From contig JAYWIR010000001.1 in the NCBI GenBank assembly GCA_036172245.1, positions 10,974,001-11,038,000 on the forward strand: a stretch of 64,000 nt of DNA, written 5' to 3'. The position numbers and the translations under genes are program-made. Origin of the DNA: Raillietiella orientalis (lineage: Eukaryota). This document shows positions 60,901 through 64,000 of the stretch, one piece after another (position 1 is the stretch's first letter; each line of letters starts with the position of its first letter). The notes under the pieces were generated by a model. The model worked only from the letters and a program-made list of their open reading frames with translations. It made no database searches and was not told the origin of the DNA.

Positions 60901-63070
60901 ACTGCTGCTCCCAGGGAATAACCCAGGGGAGAAAGAGAGAGCTTCAGGGGGAGAGGGTTTCCTTCCTGCTCGGGGCTCTCCTCCGCCTACCTTTCTTTCC
61001 CTTTCCAGTTCCGCACGGCCCGGCAGATGGACCTACCTCTCTGGCGAGAAGCTAGTGCGATCCCCGCCGAGCCGCCCTTTTAGCTGCCTCCCCGAAGGAA
61101 GAATGGACGGAGGAGGAGCCAGGAAATGCCGCTTTCGGCGACGGCAGGGACGGCGGCCCTTCCCTGGTGTCATGCTGCGGGCCGCCCCTTGCCTTCGCCT
61201 AGCCTCGCCAAGCTGGAATGCTAGCTCGGCGAGGAATGCGGCTGTCAAGGGAGCGACGCTTGGCAGAGGGCTGCCCCTTGGCCTCCTTTATGTCCAGAGG
61301 ACGGGGACCGAAGGGAAGTCCGACGTCCTCTTCGCGACTACGTGCTTTTTGAGGCGGTCTTGAACTCCCCCTGCTCCCCTCGCTCGCGCTCTCGTGTGGG
61401 TTTTTGTCCCCCCCCCCCCCCCTCCGGGAGCGACAAGCCCTTTCGTTGCTCACCGCGATCATCTCAAAAGCATCCCAAGGACTTCCACCTCTTTCTATTC
61501 CAAGAACTGCACCCTCGCAGCTGATCCTCAGGGCAAGCTGCGCCTCCTCCGGAGACAAAAGGACAGCAAACAGACGCCGGCTGATCACGTGCCGCCAATA
61601 AATCTTTCCCGTCGCCCGCATGGGGATCTTCTGCATGCACGCACCCTCCCGCCTCCCTTTCCCTCCCTCTCTCCTGTCAGTCTGCAACTCACGGACATCG
61701 CCCCGGCCTCCGCGGAAGGCATTCGTTTCCATGGGGGTGTGGCGGGTTGTCCGATGCCTGGAGGGTCCACCGTGGGAGGAAAACTCCGTCTCGGGGAAAC
61801 CGGAGAGAGGGGCCGAGTGGGCGGACGATTTCTCACCCTCCCCCCCTTCCTCCCTACTGCGTTGTCGTCTCTCTGAAGCGATGGATGAGGCGTGCACCCA
61901 ACGCAGCATCCGAGCAGCCACAGATGATGGCAACTGAGATGGAGGAAAAGGGAGGACGCCGTGGCTTGTCCTGTCCATTAGAATGGGTCTCATGGTCCGC
62001 CACCTTCCCAAAGTCCTTCTGCTCCACCTCACCGTTCCTTTCGTCTTCTCCAGCCTTTGTTTTGCCCTGTCCCTCTGCCCGGGATCGCCCTGGAAGTGGA
62101 GATGGCCGGAGGAAGGTGAGGAGGGCCTATGCAGTGACCTCCGCTGGTGCGCATTTCCGATATGCTCACATCTGTGGGAAGGTCCAGCTCCGCCGTCAAG
62201 GCCTCCGCTGTCTTGCTGGTCACCTCCTTACGGACACTCTTCAGACACGTTCAGAGGAAGAAGGGGAGAGCCGCCCACTGCTGAGCCCACGGCACTCAGA
62301 GTCATCCCTGCCTGCGTGTCCACCACCAACTTTCCGCCAGACTATCCATGCCCAAAGATGGGAAGGCCCAGGAGAGCACGGGTAGCCAAGCCTGCTTCCC
62401 GGATGCAAACCGACCTTGGCTCGTGAATTCGCTCACCTGTGGGTGCATGTGTAGTGCCTCCGAACGTCTTCCCTCCAGCTACAGGAGAAAAGCATCTTCC
62501 TGACCTGTCTACTCCCCTTCATTTCATGGCCGTCTGTGTGAGGATGATGATCGGGAAGAGGAGGTGTGGAATCTTAACGAAAGTTCCTCTCCTCCTTTCT
62601 TCCACCCCTCCTCCTCCCTTCATTCTTATCCTTCTCCTACTCTTTGGGAAATGCGTGCTGTAGATGCACTTTCGAATGCGCCCCGAGGAAGCGTGCGTCC
62701 CGGATGTGGATACTTAAACCCGAAACCCTGAGAGACGCACATTTGATTTTACTGTAGTTTTCTTCTCAGTTTTTCCGATTCGGGATTTTGGAGTTTTCAT
62801 CTTCTCAGGATCGTCCGTCGTGCAGCAGGATTGTCCCTTTCCCGACGGAGCAGAAGCATTTCCTCCCCGTCGTTATCCGATAAGACACTCCTTCCGGAGA
62901 GCGGGTACAGCTGCAGATTCGGCAGCATCCCATTGGGGCGACCACACCTTCTCCCTACAAGGGTTACCCCAGTGGAAGACGACGGACGGCGCCGCAGCTC
63001 AAAAAGAAGGGGCAGTGACACCGCTGGATTGCGCCTCCGGGGAAGGTCGGGTCGCCGTACCGGGACTAAT

Positions 63071-64000
63071 TGTCACCCGGGTGCGCCGGGGCCTTTTTTT
63101 ATAAACTATCCGGGAACAGGGTTCCCGGACAAAGGGGAAAACAAGAGACGAAGGGGGTGGGATCCCCGACACGCAGGTCGGTATATTGAAAGTCCGGAAC
63201 GCGAGGGAGGGGACCACAAATACACTAGTATAAAAGATAAAAATAAAGATATGGGGAGGGTAGGGGACAGGGGTCTTTGGTACGGCCGTTCCTTCCTTTC
63301 AGATCCGGCGATGGATGCCGGCGATCTCTCTCCTCACGCCCTCCGGTAGATGGGCCCACTTGGCAGCCGACGCCATGTTCGCGCTGGCTAATCCGGTGGG
63401 CTGACGAAGGATGGCCAGCTTCTCCAACTCTCGGTGGGCCTTGTCGATGGCGCGGGTGCAACACACCGTTGCGACGACAGCACCCAATGACAGGCCGCCT
63501 GGCGTGAAGAAGCGGCGCATCAAGTCTCTTGCGGTGTCCCCCTGGTGCAGGAGAGCTGAGGCCAGCCTCCGCCACAGTCCTAGGAGGGCACCGCAGTCCA
63601 GGAGCAGGTTCGGGAGCGTTTCCACGTCCCCGCACCGTTTACAGTTCGGGGAGACAACTCCCCCGGAAACACGGTTCGTCCGCTGGTTGGAGTGAAAACC
63701 CCAATGCACCAGCATGGTGACGTCCTGTTTCCAAGTTAAAGGGAACACGGAAGTGTTCAAACAGGAGGGAGGGACCACAAGTTCTTCGGGGGGCACACTC
63801 AAGTGTTCACTCCACCGAAGGAGTCCCTTCGGGATGTGGCGAGGCGTGGCGGCGTCCGCCAGCTCGCAAGTCTTCCAGCCGCCAATAGGTCGCGTTGTTC
63901 CTGCGATGGTGCAGGCGACCTCCCATCTCGCCGGTTCGCAACTGTCATCTCTTGCCCTGAGGGCTGACAGTGCGTCTTCGAAGGGGGTGACGGCCAGGCG
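63071..64000 (-). mobile_element. Family A-related LINE 3' end (zinc knuckle plus 3' UTR), running off the right edge
   Basis: ORF 63299..63802 contains SPNCKRCGDVETLPNLLLDCGALLGLWRRL. Terminus TATAAAAAAA-GGCCCCGG-CGCAC-CCGGGTGACAA at 63071-63103. Confidence 0.9.

Noticed and set aside
62130..62350. RING-finger-like remnant (FPICSHLW...LAGHLL...TTNF)
   Set aside because: Needs several frameshifts and most zinc ligands are missing.

Overview
Repeat-rich eukaryotic (animal-like, probably arthropod/protostome) genomic DNA. I found no prokaryotic operons, CRISPR, rRNA or convincing tRNA, and nearly all ORFs in the supplied track look like chance ORFs or decayed transposon frames. One spliced host gene can be built by hand on the minus strand (42522->35221): a TGF-beta-family, maverick-like precursor with a signal peptide and prodomain behind a TATA/CCAAT promoter. 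I could not find its mature cystine-knot ligand exon in the window. The rest is dominated by about 10 copies or fragments of an L1/Tx1-clade non-LTR retrotransposon family. Its copies end in AATAAA plus a conserved stem-loop instead of poly(A), two have perfect 14-15 bp target-site duplications, one is nested inside another, and the reverse-transcriptase core appears catalytically dead in the same way in several copies. Also present are a second L1-like family, a TIR-bounded AT-rich MITE-like element, a 78-bp palindromic minisatellite, and several heavily decayed NACHT-like (NLR) remnants. All protein assignments are by-eye motif recognition with no database search, and the pervasive blurring of motifs means sequence quality and provenance should be checked.
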